Notes under the pieces: generated by a model
Seen by the model: the letters and a program-made list of their open reading frames with translations, nothing else
The model's database searches: none
What the model was told of the DNA's origin: nothing
Position numbers and translations under genes: made by a program
Assembly (NCBI GenBank): GCA_045630515.1
Contig: JAZQTG010000076.1
Location: 354,299 to 418,298, forward strand
Direction: 5' to 3'
DNA length: 64,000 nt
Source: Acutalibacteraceae bacterium
GTDB taxonomy: Bacteria > Bacillota > Clostridia > Oscillospirales > Acutalibacteraceae
Part shown: in pieces, positions 40,020-50,465 of the stretch
Layout of the letters: every line of letters starts with the position of its first letter
Numbering within the stretch: the stretch's first letter is position 1

Positions 40020-40487
40020 TTACAACTTTTTATTTAATTTTTTCATTTTTTTGAACTTTTTTATAGATTTTTTCATTTTAGATAAGAATTGTATTGCTTT
40101 TTCTTTCATAGCTATAATCTTTTTATCTAAAATTAACATTGGCTTTTTTATCAAAGCAATCATTCTTTTTAATAAATCTTGGGCAGTTTTCAAGATAAAC
40201 ATAAACAATTTAGAGATGGTTATTCTACAAACAAAAAAACCAAGTGCAAAACCAATAAAAGCATAAAATCTAATAACACCTTTAGAAAACAACATAAAAA
40301 AGCTAAAGGTTACAACTGCCGCGTATATCCAATACAAAACATCTACAAACGCCAGCACAACGACATTTGGTTTAATTATTAGATTGAAAAACCGAATTAC
40401 ATCATACGAAAGGCATAGCAATACACCAACCAATACCGCATAGCCGAGCGTTTGCAACTGCCAAAAGTTTGAAAAATCTAACCGCAT
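40020..40487 (-). CDS. yabQ: Spore cortex biosynthesis protein YabQ
   Basis: Multi-TM protein immediately after yabP (start overlaps the yabP stop). Lys-rich tail. Confidence 0.7.
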   Translation of the reverse strand: MRLDFSNFWQLQTLGYAVLVGVLLCLSYDVIRFFNLIIKPNVVVLAFVDVLYWIYAAVVTFSFFMLFSKGVIRFYAFIGFALGFFVCRITISKLFMFILKTAQDLLKRMIALIKKPMLILDKKIIAMKEKAIQFLSKMKKSIKKFKKMKKLNKKL

Positions 40488-40759
40488 TATCTGAATACCC
40501 TTTTTATAAAGCCACTTGGCTTAGTAGATTTAGTGTATACAAGTGCATATATATACCCTTCTATGCACATATCCCCTGCGGTTGTATCAAAGGTAACGAT
40601 ACGCATATTCTCTCCCCTTATTTCAAGCCTGCCTAACTCAGTATCTAAACTAATTGCAGTACCATCAAACCCGATAATATCATTAACGCCCGAAAGTACT
40701 AGGCGTTTACAATCTTCCAAAATTGCATTTTGCGGATGCACCACCTGTTTTTCTTGCAT
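40487..40759 (-). CDS. yabP: Sporulation protein YabP
   Basis: LVLSGVNDIIGFDGTAISLDTELGRLEIRGENMRI is the YabP/YqfC pattern. Confidence 0.8.
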   Translation of the reverse strand: MQEKQVVHPQNAILEDCKRLVLSGVNDIIGFDGTAISLDTELGRLEIRGENMRIVTFDTTAGDMCIEGYIYALVYTKSTKPSGFIKRVFR

Positions 40760-40834
40760 AAAAAATAACCCCCTACATATTAGTTTTACTACTGTAAACT
40801 ATATGAAAAGGAGTTTTTTTATATTCGCGAAAAA

Positions 40835-41077
40835 TTATTCTATAATTTTATACATAGTTGGAGCTTGTTCTTTTGTGGCGTGTTCGCTAACGCTTAAAAC
40901 CTCCGCCTTAATGGTATGTGTACCAAAAGCAATTTCAATTATATCTCCAACCTTTACGCTATACGATGCGCGAACAGGTTTACCGCCAACAGACACCCTG
41001 CCGTTATCACACGCCTCATTAGCAACCGTGCGGCGTTTAATTATGCGCGACACCTTAAGATATTTATCTAACCTCAT
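40835..41077 (-). CDS. yabO: S4-domain RNA-binding protein (YabO/Hsp15-like)
   Basis: MRLDKYLKVSRIIKRRTVANEACDNGRVSVGGKPVRASYSVKVGD. Confidence 0.85.
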   Translation of the reverse strand: MRLDKYLKVSRIIKRRTVANEACDNGRVSVGGKPVRASYSVKVGDIIEIAFGTHTIKAEVLSVSEHATKEQAPTMYKIIE

Positions 41078-41131
41078 AACATTTCCTCAAAAGAAAACCG
41101 CCTTATAAAAAGGCGGTTTTTAAAGCTTTAA

Positions 41132-41404
41132 TTATTTTATAGCGTTTTTAAAGCCAGCGCCAGCCTTGAAAGCAGGAGCTTTAGAAGCAGGGATTTGAAT
41201 GGTTTCTTTTGTCTGTGGGTTTCTACCAGTTCTTGCAGGACGGTTCTTTACTTCAAAAGTACCGAAGCCAACCATTTGAACTTTGCCACCTTTTTTAAGT
41301 TCTTCTGTTACGGTGTCAATAAAAGCAGCAACTGCTTTCTCTGCATCTTTTTTGCTGATTGCAGCTTTCTCTGCAACTGAAGCGATAAATTCTGTCTTGT
41401 TCAT
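41132..41404 (-). CDS. hup: HU family DNA-binding protein
   Basis: MNKTEFIASVAEK...GFGTFEVKNRPARTGRNPQTKETIQIPASKAPAFKAG. Confidence 0.95.
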   Translation of the reverse strand: MNKTEFIASVAEKAAISKKDAEKAVAAFIDTVTEELKKGGKVQMVGFGTFEVKNRPARTGRNPQTKETIQIPASKAPAFKAGAGFKNAIK

Positions 41405-41597
41405 TTTAATAGTCCTCCTAAATTTTACGTAACGCGTTATAAACGCGCCGTTTGTTGCTTTTCAAGCACAATATATTTGTACCACAAAACCCCAATAAAA
41501 TCAAGTGTTTGCGAAAATCTTTTATTGTTACGACGAAAATAAGTTGCTTGATTTGTGCAAATTGCACAACACTTTTCCTCAAAATCTTTATTGGCAA

Positions 41598-42299
41598 CTA
41601 AAAGTCCGCATAGTTAAGGGTTTTTAATGTGTCAAAAACTATTTTCATAAGATTGCTATCTGCTAGGCTATTCATCTCTCTATAATCATTTATTGCGGTA
41701 TCTCCAGCATCATCAGATACACGGCGAACCGAAACAAACGGAACTCCATTAGCACTAGCACAATAAGCAATAGCTGCCGTTTCCATATCGCAAGCAATCG
41801 CATTAAACCTTTCGCATAGCATATCACGAACTTTTGGGTCACAGATAAAACTATCACCAGTCACTACTGTTCCAATCTTTATACCTTTATAAGATTCTTC
41901 AAACGCCTTTACCAATCTTTCATCTGCAGTATATATGTAATCTTGATTTGGTTTTTCGCCAACGCTATAGCCTAGTGCAGTTAGGTCAAAATCGTGCTCT
42001 AAAAATTTAGAAGCAACTATGGTTTGACCCCTGCTTACACCATTTATACCGCCAGACAAACCAAAATTAACCAGTATATCCACACCCTCTTCAATTAAAA
42101 GAGTAGCGGCAACGGCAGCGTTAACCTTACCAATACCACAAAGTACCGTGCGAATTATAGCGTTACCAAAAGGTATTTCATGCCCTTTAAGGAATTTTAA
42201 TGATCTTTCTGTACCGCCAACCTCATTTGTATATTCAACAATAGGGGCATATTCATCATTATCGGCAACCACTATGCCTATCTTAAACAAAGTGTCCAT
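41598..42299 (-). CDS. mtnN: 5'-methylthioadenosine/S-adenosylhomocysteine nucleosidase (PNP_UDP_1 family)
   Basis: GIGKVNAAVAATLLI, GLSGG, ACDMETAAIA, VRRVSD: MtnN-type motifs. Confidence 0.7.
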   Translation of the reverse strand: MDTLFKIGIVVADNDEYAPIVEYTNEVGGTERSLKFLKGHEIPFGNAIIRTVLCGIGKVNAAVAATLLIEEGVDILVNFGLSGGINGVSRGQTIVASKFLEHDFDLTALGYSVGEKPNQDYIYTADERLVKAFEESYKGIKIGTVVTGDSFICDPKVRDMLCERFNAIACDMETAAIAYCASANGVPFVSVRRVSDDAGDTAINDYREMNSLADSNLMKIVFDTLKTLNYADF

Positions 42300-42306
42300 T
42301 TAAAAA

Positions 42307-42660
42307 TTAAAATTCCTTTCCGCATTTTTTACAATACTGCGATGCACCATCATTTGTTTCACCGCAATCACATAGTTTTCCGCCTTTTGAAAGCGCAATT
42401 TCTTTTGCAAGCTCATTAATTTCATTTTTTTGTGCTTTAATTACTTCAATTAAAGCAGATATTGCCTCACCGTTATCGTCATTATTTTCTTTTTCGTTAT
42501 AAACATATTGACCCAACAATTCAAAATTCTTGCGCAATTCGTTTTTTACTGAAATATGTTTAAGTTTGAGTTTTTGGGTTGCTATAACATCTTCTGCAAC
42601 CTCACCTGTTTTAGTGGCTAGTTCTTTTGCTTTTGTAATAGTTTCTTCAAAAAATCCCAT
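42307..42660 (-). CDS. Hypothetical coiled-coil protein with C-terminal zinc ribbon
   Basis: C-terminal CDCG...CKKCG; the remainder is helical. Confidence 0.5.
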   Translation of the reverse strand: MGFFEETITKAKELATKTGEVAEDVIATQKLKLKHISVKNELRKNFELLGQYVYNEKENNDDNGEAISALIEVIKAQKNEINELAKEIALSKGGKLCDCGETNDGASQYCKKCGKEF

Positions 42661-42677
42661 AGTACATTTCCTTTCTT

Positions 42678-43592
42678 TTACTGCCCTATAAACTCTTGTA
42701 ACAGTGAGTTTTTTGGAACATTATTTTGGTTTATTTCAACTGCATTTTTCATTGCAGCTATAATCTTTTGTACCCTATCATAGTTTTCAACATTATTAGA
42801 TAAAGTTAGCAACTTATCATACAAAAGGGGTTTAAATAAACATATCTCATAATCGTGGAACGAGCACATCTCAATCTCTGCCGTATTTCTGAACGGGCAA
42901 AGATATTTATCCTCCCCCCTTACAACACTTGAAAAGAGTTTAAGACAACTTTCAGGTGTTGATGAGCGATACAAAATATCGCGCGACATTCTGCGCATCA
43001 AACGGATATTACGGCTTTCTAACAGTTCTGCACCATTATCCTCTAAATAAGAGGCAACCACACTTATATATAGTTTTAAAACCTTTTCACGATCCAAACA
43101 ATCGGCAATAAGTGGATTAAGAGCGTGCAAACCTTCAACTATAACAACGCCGTTTTCACCAACGTCTATCGCTCTGGTTTTTTTCTCTCGTTTTTTTGTT
43201 GTAAAACTGAAAACAGGAAGATTTGTTCTGCCAAAGTTATTAATTTCGTTCAATGCATTAATAATACCCTCGGTGTCTAAAGAATGTACCGATTCAAAAT
43301 CAATAATTCCATGCTCATCATATGGCATTTGATTTTGCTCTAAATAAAAATCGTCTAAAGAGATAATCTCTGTATGAACACCCGCATCCTTTAAATATTC
43401 ACAAAGCAGGTGTGCGGTTGTAGTTTTACCTGAAGCCGACGGCCCTGCAAGCAAAACAATTCGCTTATGGGTCTTCAAAACCCTATCTGCTGCAATTTTA
43501 ATTCTTTTATGATATTCGTCCTCAACCTTTTCAATATATCCTTTAATGTCCCCTAAAACAAGGCCGTTAATTCTAGATATTTTGTTCTCCAT
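42678..43592 (-). CDS. Uridine-kinase-like P-loop nucleoside kinase
   Basis: Walker A GPSASGKTT and uridine kinase-like core. The start is ambiguous: the ORF is open to 43682, and I chose the ATG at 43592, which overlaps the hemZ 3' end by 20 nt. Confidence 0.65.
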   Translation of the reverse strand: MENKISRINGLVLGDIKGYIEKVEDEYHKRIKIAADRVLKTHKRIVLLAGPSASGKTTTAHLLCEYLKDAGVHTEIISLDDFYLEQNQMPYDEHGIIDFESVHSLDTEGIINALNEINNFGRTNLPVFSFTTKKREKKTRAIDVGENGVVIVEGLHALNPLIADCLDREKVLKLYISVVASYLEDNGAELLESRNIRLMRRMSRDILYRSSTPESCLKLFSSVVRGEDKYLCPFRNTAEIEMCSFHDYEICLFKPLLYDKLLTLSNNVENYDRVQKIIAAMKNAVEINQNNVPKNSLLQEFIGQ

Positions 43593-45027
43593 AAAAGTTA
43601 TATATCCGCTCCTTCCTTTGAAGTTGTTCTTGGAATCTATTGATATATTCATACGGATACTTAAAGTTATATATGCGCTCAATAACAGTATCGTTATACC
43701 TGCGCAGTTTTGTTACTGCAGTTGCACCGCAAGCAAGAATTGAATGGGTTTCATCCATAATATAAACATTATAAAGTCCTTCATAACCCCTTTTAGAATA
43801 ACCCACATTCTCTAAATTACCCACCATTTTACTTTGGCGGTACATATAGTATGGATAATACAAGTTATTCTCTAAAGTTGTCTTTGCATAGTCAACCATA
43901 TCTGCCGCGACATCGCCCTCTTTTAGCCAAGAAAGGTCACCGTTGTTTAAAGTAGCAGAACGCTTTAAGCAAAGAGTGTGCACGGTTATACTTTCAGGGT
44001 CCATATCAATAACCTTGTTTACCGTTTCTTTAAAACTTTCCAAACTGTCGTTAGGAAGACCTGCAATAAGGTCCATATTAACATTCTTAAACTTAACTTC
44101 TTTGGCCATATTCATAGCCTCAATGGTTTGCTTAACAGTATGCTTGCGACCTATAGCGTTTAAGATATCCCCATTCATAGTCTGCGGATTGATACTAATT
44201 CTATCCGCGCCGCCTGCTTTTATAGCCTGCAACTTTTCTATAGTTACCGTATCGGGTCTGCCCGCTTCTACAGTATATTCACGTAAATAATTTAGGTTAA
44301 AACTTTTTTTAATGGCATTCATAATTTTAGTTAGTTGCTCTGCCGACAAAGAGGTAGGTGTGCCACCACCAATATAAATAGTTTCAAGCCTTAAATCTAA
44401 ATCTTTTGCAATTTTTCCTGTATATTCTATTTCCTCGCAAAGATATTCTACATATTGCGGAATTAACTTTTTAGCCTGCTCTACCGAATGAGAAACGAAA
44501 GAACAGTAACTACACCTGCTAGGACAAAAAGGTATGCCAATATAAAGGCTAAACGATTTTTCTTTTGATAGTTCAGTAATTGCCGCCTCGCCCTTATTAC
44601 AAGACTTTGCTAAATCTAATTTCTGTTCGCTAACCAATAGTTTTTCTAAAAAATATTCGTCTGCACTTTTCGTACCGTTCTGCCTTTGTAACGCCGAATA
44701 AAGTTTTGCAGGTCGCACGCCTGTTAGTATGCCCCATTTAGATTTATACCCAGTAAGTTCGCAAAAACACTTATATAAAAGTACAGCTAGTTCGCGCTCG
44801 CACTCTTTTTCACTTATAGGCGCCGTTGTTTTTTGCTTTTTGCTTTCCTTGCCAAAAAGCTTTAAAAAAGTTTGAAACTCATACTCTTCGCCCTTATTAA
44901 GTATAACACCAATATCGCACCCTTCTGGGTCTTCACTTACAAACTGGAACTTTTGGAAGGGTAAAAATATTCTACATAGTTTCTCGGTTTCGTAGTTAAA
45001 ACCGTGCCCCTTAATAAATATCTTCAT
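43573..45027 (-). CDS. hemZ: Coproporphyrinogen-dehydrogenase-like radical SAM protein (HemZ type)
   Basis: Radical SAM CPSRCSYCSF with a HemN-like fold and an N-terminal extension typical of HemZ. Confidence 0.75.
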   Translation of the reverse strand: MKIFIKGHGFNYETEKLCRIFLPFQKFQFVSEDPEGCDIGVILNKGEEYEFQTFLKLFGKESKKQKTTAPISEKECERELAVLLYKCFCELTGYKSKWGILTGVRPAKLYSALQRQNGTKSADEYFLEKLLVSEQKLDLAKSCNKGEAAITELSKEKSFSLYIGIPFCPSRCSYCSFVSHSVEQAKKLIPQYVEYLCEEIEYTGKIAKDLDLRLETIYIGGGTPTSLSAEQLTKIMNAIKKSFNLNYLREYTVEAGRPDTVTIEKLQAIKAGGADRISINPQTMNGDILNAIGRKHTVKQTIEAMNMAKEVKFKNVNMDLIAGLPNDSLESFKETVNKVIDMDPESITVHTLCLKRSATLNNGDLSWLKEGDVAADMVDYAKTTLENNLYYPYYMYRQSKMVGNLENVGYSKRGYEGLYNVYIMDETHSILACGATAVTKLRRYNDTVIERIYNFKYPYEYINRFQEQLQRKERIYNFYGEQNI

Positions 45028-45637
45028 AGTTTATAAAAAAGTTATGTATCCTTTCATGCTCTAGGGTTGTTGTCTCACCGTGACCTGTATAAACCTTGCT
45101 GACACCTTTTAAAGTAATTAGTTTTTTCAATGAAGTTTGCAGTTGTTTACTGTCGCCGGTTACGAAATCGGTTCTGCCAACACTTTCAAAAAACAAGGTA
45201 TCACCGCTAAACAAAATATCGTCTATTAGATAGCAAACACATCCATCGGTATGACCGGGTGTATGAATAACCTTTATAGTTTTATCACCAAGCGGTAACG
45301 TTTCTCCGCCCAATAAGGTAATATCTGCAGCTATTGTAGGTTGGCGCAGACCCGCCATTTCGCAAAGACTAAATGAACTATCAGTAAGTCCCGATGCATC
45401 GTTTTTATGTATGCAAACCTTAGCGTTACAGTATTTTAACACCTCTTCAACCCCACCTATATGGTCAAAATGGTCATGGGTTAAAAGGATATACTTTATG
45501 CTATTGCTGTTTTTCTTTGCAAACTCAATAATCTCGCTAGTAGCGGTACCAACATCAATTAAAGCAATCTCTTCGCCACAGGTTACAGCATAACAGTTAG
45601 CTGAAAATCCGCAAGGCATAAACTCTTTTATTTGCAT
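45011..45637 (-). CDS. MBL-fold metallo-hydrolase
   Basis: THDHFDH zinc motif and HTPGHTDG. I chose the ATG at 45637, behind ggagaagg. Confidence 0.8.
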   Translation of the reverse strand: MQIKEFMPCGFSANCYAVTCGEEIALIDVGTATSEIIEFAKKNSNSIKYILLTHDHFDHIGGVEEVLKYCNAKVCIHKNDASGLTDSSFSLCEMAGLRQPTIAADITLLGGETLPLGDKTIKVIHTPGHTDGCVCYLIDDILFSGDTLFFESVGRTDFVTGDSKQLQTSLKKLITLKGVSKVYTGHGETTTLEHERIHNFFINYEDIY

Positions 45638-45639
45638 AA

Positions 45640-46095
45640 CTACCTTCTCCAAGTAACAGTATCTAGAATTATAGTAACAGGACCGTTGTTGTTAATATTG
45701 CAAAGCATATCTGCACCAAAACTGCCGTGCCCTATATTTTTAACACCGTTTTCTTTTAGTTTGTCCATATACAAATGATACAATCTATCTGCCTCTATTG
45801 GCTCTTTCGCTTTTATAAACGATGGACGATTCCCCTTTTTAGTATCAGCACTAAGGGTAAACTGCGAAACAACAAGAATTTCACCATTTATATCCTTAAC
45901 AGAAAGATTCATCTTACCATCAGCATCTTCAAAGATTCTTAAATCTGCAGTTTTCTTAGCCAAGATTTCGGCATCACCATCATTATCCTCTTCGCTTACG
46001 CCAAGCAATACAAACAATCCCTCAGGAATTTTAGAAATCTCTTGCCCGTCTACAGTAACAGAAGCAGAGGTAACACGTTGAATTACTGCTTTCAT
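45640..46095 (-). CDS. dtd: D-aminoacyl-tRNA deacylase
   Basis: [15 protein letters not shown]...VSQFTL...GNRPSF...GPVTI. Confidence 0.95.
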   Translation of the reverse strand: MKAVIQRVTSASVTVDGQEISKIPEGLFVLLGVSEEDNDGDAEILAKKTADLRIFEDADGKMNLSVKDINGEILVVSQFTLSADTKKGNRPSFIKAKEPIEADRLYHLYMDKLKENGVKNIGHGSFGADMLCNINNNGPVTIILDTVTWRR

Positions 46096-46129
46096 ATTTA
46101 TACTCCTATACTAGTTTTAATGCAAATTA

Positions 46130-48301
46130 TCAAGCATTGGTTCTATCAACACTAATAACACTGCTGATTTTTTCAAGTCTTTTAATAATATTATTAAGAT
46201 GCTCAACGCCCTCTGCAGAAATGCTAATATCAATAATGGCGTTTCCATTTTGACTCTGCCTTGCATTAACAGCATGCAATGGTATGCGCATACCCGCAAC
46301 TGCTATTGAAATATCAGCAAGCAAGGTAGGTCTGTCAATAGCATTAATCTGAAGATGGCACTTAAAGATATTACGAGTATTATTTGCCCAACGAGCGTTT
46401 ATCCAACGTTCAGGATGCTCACAAGAATCTATATTCTTAGGAACATTATTACAATCGCGCTTGTGGATTGAAACACCGTGTCCTCTAGTAATAAAACCTA
46501 TGATATCATCGCCTGGGAGTGGGTCACAACAACGCGAGAGTTTAATTAAGCAATTATCAATACCCTCAACAATAACTCCCTCTGCTGAGGTTGTTTTCTC
46601 GGCAGAAATAATATTGTTGATATCTAGCGGAGTGCTAGATTTTTGAGAACGATTGTAATCCTCTTTAATGCGAGGCATTATTTTTGAAAGGTGCAAACCG
46701 CCAAAACCTATAGCAGCATAGAAATCGTCTAACGTTGAAAACTTTTGACGTTTAGCAACCTCTAAAAGAAGTTCTTCTTGTTGCTCGTCGTTTAGTTTAA
46801 TACCAGCGCGCAGAAATTCTTTTTCAAGTTCTTGCTTACCTGTTTCAATATTTTCTTCCCTACGTTCTTTTTTAAACCAAGAACGAATTTTACTTCTTGC
46901 CTGACTGGTTTTTGCAAGGTTAAGCCAATCTCTGCTAGGACCGTGGTTTGGGTTGTTGGTTGTAAGTATTTCAACTATTTCGCCCATGCTTATTACATGA
47001 CTTAAGGGTACAATTTTACCATCAACCTTTGCACCTACCATCTTTTGACCAACTGCGGTATGAATAGCAAAAGCAAAGTCAATTACCGTTGAGCCTACAG
47101 GCAGATTAATTACATCGCCCTTTGGAGTAACGGCAAAAACGTCCTCTTGCGATAGGTCGGTTTTAATCGTTTGAACGATATCCTCTGCATCGTCTGACTC
47201 GCGTTGAGCATCAAGAATTTGACGAATCCAACCAAGCCTATCCTCAAGACGCTTATCGCTACCCTCTATGCCCTCTTTATATTTCCAATGCGCCGCGATA
47301 CCGTATTCTGCCGTATGATGCATATCCCAAGTGCGAATTTGCACTTCAAACGGCAAGGCATCTCTACCAACAACCGTAGTATGAAGCGACTGATACATAT
47401 TGGGTTTTGGCATAGATATATAATCTTTAAACCTACCCGGTATTGGTTGGAACATATCGTGTATAACGCCAAGAATATTGTAACAGTTTGCAACCGTATC
47501 TGTTATAATGCGCACTGCATATATATCATAAATTTCATCAAAATTTTTACCTTGAATGTACATTTTGCGATATATTCCGTGAATAGATTTTACGCGTCCA
47601 GTCAAGGTAATGTTAGGAACATATTGCTTAACACGTTCTTCAATCTTAAGACTAATACTTTCTAAAAATTGTTGGCGATATTTCTTTCTGGAATCAAGCA
47701 TTTGCTCAATTTCCCTATAAGCAATTGGGTCAAGGTGAGCAATAGATATATCCTCAAGCTCTTCTTTAACCGCACTAATACCAAGCCTATGTGCAATAGG
47801 CGCATAAATTTCTAATGTTTCTAATGCCTTTTCGCGTTGTTTGTAATCGCTTTGAGCATCTATAGTACGCATGTTGTGCAGTCTATCTGCTAGTTTTATA
47901 ATGATAACCCTGATGTCCTCAGCCATAGCCATCATCATTTTTCGCACGTTTTCGTTTAACTGTTGCTCATGTGTAACAAGTGGCATTTTTCCAAGTTTCG
48001 TTACACCATCAACCAGTTCTGCCACTCCTGCGCCGAACTCTTTTTTTATTTGGTCTAAAGTTACCTCAGTATCTTCAACGACGTCGTGCAAAAGTGCCGC
48101 CTCAACACACTCTGAGTCCATACCGAGTTTAACAAGAATCAAGGCAACGGAGTAAGGATGCATATAAAAGGGTTCTCCGGATAGACGCTTTTGATCGCCG
48201 TGTGCGGAAACGCAAAAATCTAATGCGCGACGTATACCTTCCAAGTCATGCTTGGATTTTTGTTCACCCATAAAATCTATAAGTTTATTATATAACTCCA
48301 C
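46130..48301 (-). CDS. relA: Bifunctional (p)ppGpp synthetase/hydrolase RelA/SpoT
   Basis: HD hydrolase domain (HPYSVA...LHDVVEDT), synthetase domain (YQSLHTTV), TGS and ACT regions. Confidence 0.95.
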   Translation of the reverse strand: MELYNKLIDFMGEQKSKHDLEGIRRALDFCVSAHGDQKRLSGEPFYMHPYSVALILVKLGMDSECVEAALLHDVVEDTEVTLDQIKKEFGAGVAELVDGVTKLGKMPLVTHEQQLNENVRKMMMAMAEDIRVIIIKLADRLHNMRTIDAQSDYKQREKALETLEIYAPIAHRLGISAVKEELEDISIAHLDPIAYREIEQMLDSRKKYRQQFLESISLKIEERVKQYVPNITLTGRVKSIHGIYRKMYIQGKNFDEIYDIYAVRIITDTVANCYNILGVIHDMFQPIPGRFKDYISMPKPNMYQSLHTTVVGRDALPFEVQIRTWDMHHTAEYGIAAHWKYKEGIEGSDKRLEDRLGWIRQILDAQRESDDAEDIVQTIKTDLSQEDVFAVTPKGDVINLPVGSTVIDFAFAIHTAVGQKMVGAKVDGKIVPLSHVISMGEIVEILTTNNPNHGPSRDWLNLAKTSQARSKIRSWFKKERREENIETGKQELEKEFLRAGIKLNDEQQEELLLEVAKRQKFSTLDDFYAAIGFGGLHLSKIMPRIKEDYNRSQKSSTPLDINNIISAEKTTSAEGVIVEGIDNCLIKLSRCCDPLPGDDIIGFITRGHGVSIHKRDCNNVPKNIDSCEHPERWINARWANNTRNIFKCHLQINAIDRPTLLADISIAVAGMRIPLHAVNARQSQNGNAIIDISISAEGVEHLNNIIKRLEKISSVISVDRTNA

Positions 48302-50325
48302 TACCTATCACCTGCCTTTATATACTTAGATAATTGTTTTATGATTGGTGCTTCAAATATCTCTACCTTGTTTTTTGATTCAGTTACGGTGTATATTCCT
48401 TCTTTTTCTTCAATTAAACCAAGAGAACTTAAAGCGTTTAAAATAACCTTTAGTTTACCTGCACCCATGTAATGATGTTTAAATATTACTTTATCACTAG
48501 ATGCCATGTTGCATTTTAAAAAACGAAACACTACCGCAAAATCATCACGCGTGGGATAAATACTACAAGCATCTTTTGGTTGGTTTTCTAAAAGCAACTG
48601 TTCATACATAGAGAGTGACGAAAAATAATTATCCTCATCTATTTCGTGTGGGCGCAATTCTTTTGCCATTAAATTTACTGCACCTTTGCCCAAAAAATCG
48701 TTGCTTTCTAAATTAAATGCAATGTCAATTTTATCGCCTTTATTAAATGGAAAACTCTGCTCACTATACATAAAACAAAGCACATTAAAATTATAACCAT
48801 CGCGACCCACATTTAAGCGGATATATTTGCCGTTTTTTAATGGAACTATATTATTAATAACGGCGCCAATTAAAGCAAACAAGGGTTGCGGATTGCCAGC
48901 ACCACAAGGTTCAAATCTTTTAAGTTCGCGTAATAAATCTTCACCGATTATCTGCGGTTTTAAGCGGCAATCTATAGTTATTTTTGGAAATACAACTGGT
49001 ACAGTTTTTGCATATTCTAAAAGTGCATTATAAAATGTGTTTAACATATCTGCCTTTAGAGTTACACCTGCCGCTAATTCGTGACCACCAAAATATTCAA
49101 CACTTTCTTTGGCGCTATTAATAGCCAAGAAAAGATTTAACCCCTCTATGCTTCTGCCCGAACCATGTAATAACTCATCGTCACCGCCAAGTAATATACA
49201 TGGCTTGCCGTACATCTGCACTATTTTTGAAGCAACTATTCCGATAACTCCTAAGTGCCAGCCCTTTTTTGCCACAACAATTATTGGATTGTTTTGAAGC
49301 CCATTACTTTCAATTAATTCTACCGCCTGATTATAAATATCCTCGCAAACCTTTTGCCTTAATTGATTATCGCGGTCTAATTCGTTTGCAAGTTGACTAG
49401 CACGAATTGGGTCGGTGGTTAAAAGCAGTTCTACTGCTCGCATACTGCTACCCATTCTGCCTGCGGCGTTAATTCTGGGCACCAAAGAAAAAGATATAGC
49501 ACTCGCATTAAGGGGCTTATTTTCAACCCCTGCCACCGATTTTAAAGCAGAAATTCCAACAAGTGCAAAATTATTTATCTGCTCTATGCCAACCTTACAC
49601 ATAACGCGGTTTTCGTCTAAAAGAGGTACAACGTCACCTATAGTACCAAGTGTAATTAATGGCGCATATTCAAGCAATAATTTTTCAGAAGGGGTATCCC
49701 TTTCCATAGCGCAAATAAGTTTAAATGCAACACCAACGCCACAAAGATTCTCACATCCGCTACTATCATCTTCTCTATGTGGGTCAACAATTGCAACCGC
49801 CTCAGGCAACGCCTCCGAAGGCAAATGATGATCGGTTACAACAACATCTATGCCTAATTCACTTGCTAAATTAATCTCTTGTATTGCACTTATTCCATTG
49901 TCAACCGTTACAATTAAGGTTACGCCCAAATCATAAAGTTTTTTTACGGCATTTAAATTCATACCGTAACCCTCGCTAATACGGTCAGGAATATAATAAA
50001 TTACGTCTGCATTTTTACTTTGTAAATAGGAGTACATTAAAGCGGTTGCAGTAACGCCATCGCAATCATAATCGCCAAATACCGCAATCTTTTCGCCTGT
50101 AATTATTGCGGCAGATATACGCTCTACTGCCTTTTCCATATCGCATAGTAAAAATGGGTCGTTAAGTTCGGGTGTGTCGCTTAAAAATACGTCTAAATCA
50201 TATCCATCTACAATACCCCTGTTTACAGCAAGCATTGCTGTAAAAGAACTTGTTTCGCACTCTCGCGCCAAAATTTTAGCAAGTGCAAAATCGTTTTCTT
50301 TTATATGCCATTTTTTAAGGCCCAT
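48301..50325 (-). CDS. recJ: Single-stranded-DNA-specific exonuclease RecJ
   Basis: DHH motifs GDYDCDGVT, TVDNG, VTDHH, and DHHA1 GGHELAAG. ATG at 50325 behind agggggtgg. Confidence 0.9.
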   Translation of the reverse strand: MGLKKWHIKENDFALAKILARECETSSFTAMLAVNRGIVDGYDLDVFLSDTPELNDPFLLCDMEKAVERISAAIITGEKIAVFGDYDCDGVTATALMYSYLQSKNADVIYYIPDRISEGYGMNLNAVKKLYDLGVTLIVTVDNGISAIQEINLASELGIDVVVTDHHLPSEALPEAVAIVDPHREDDSSGCENLCGVGVAFKLICAMERDTPSEKLLLEYAPLITLGTIGDVVPLLDENRVMCKVGIEQINNFALVGISALKSVAGVENKPLNASAISFSLVPRINAAGRMGSSMRAVELLLTTDPIRASQLANELDRDNQLRQKVCEDIYNQAVELIESNGLQNNPIIVVAKKGWHLGVIGIVASKIVQMYGKPCILLGGDDELLHGSGRSIEGLNLFLAINSAKESVEYFGGHELAAGVTLKADMLNTFYNALLEYAKTVPVVFPKITIDCRLKPQIIGEDLLRELKRFEPCGAGNPQPLFALIGAVINNIVPLKNGKYIRLNVGRDGYNFNVLCFMYSEQSFPFNKGDKIDIAFNLESNDFLGKGAVNLMAKELRPHEIDEDNYFSSLSMYEQLLLENQPKDACSIYPTRDDFAVVFRFLKCNMASSDKVIFKHHYMGAGKLKVILNALSSLGLIEEKEGIYTVTESKNKVEIFEAPIIKQLSKYIKAGDR

Positions 50326-50420
50326 CTTTACCACCCCCTAATATGAAAAAACATTACTCCAATATACAACTATACATTATATATTTTAGCATATTTTATT
50401 CTAATTTACAACAAAAAACA

Positions 50421-50460
50421 CAAAAAATCTGCGCGACAACTAACAATTATCACGCAGATT
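50421..50460 (-). terminator. metK terminator
   Basis: aatctgcg / cgcagatt stem followed by a U-run on the minus strand. Confidence 0.6.
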
Positions 50461-50465
50461 CATGT

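Noticed and set aside
46117-46299. 60-aa ORF overlapping the relA 3' end in another frame.
   Set aside because: It is nested within the relA coding sequence on the same strand, and I see no independent signals for it.
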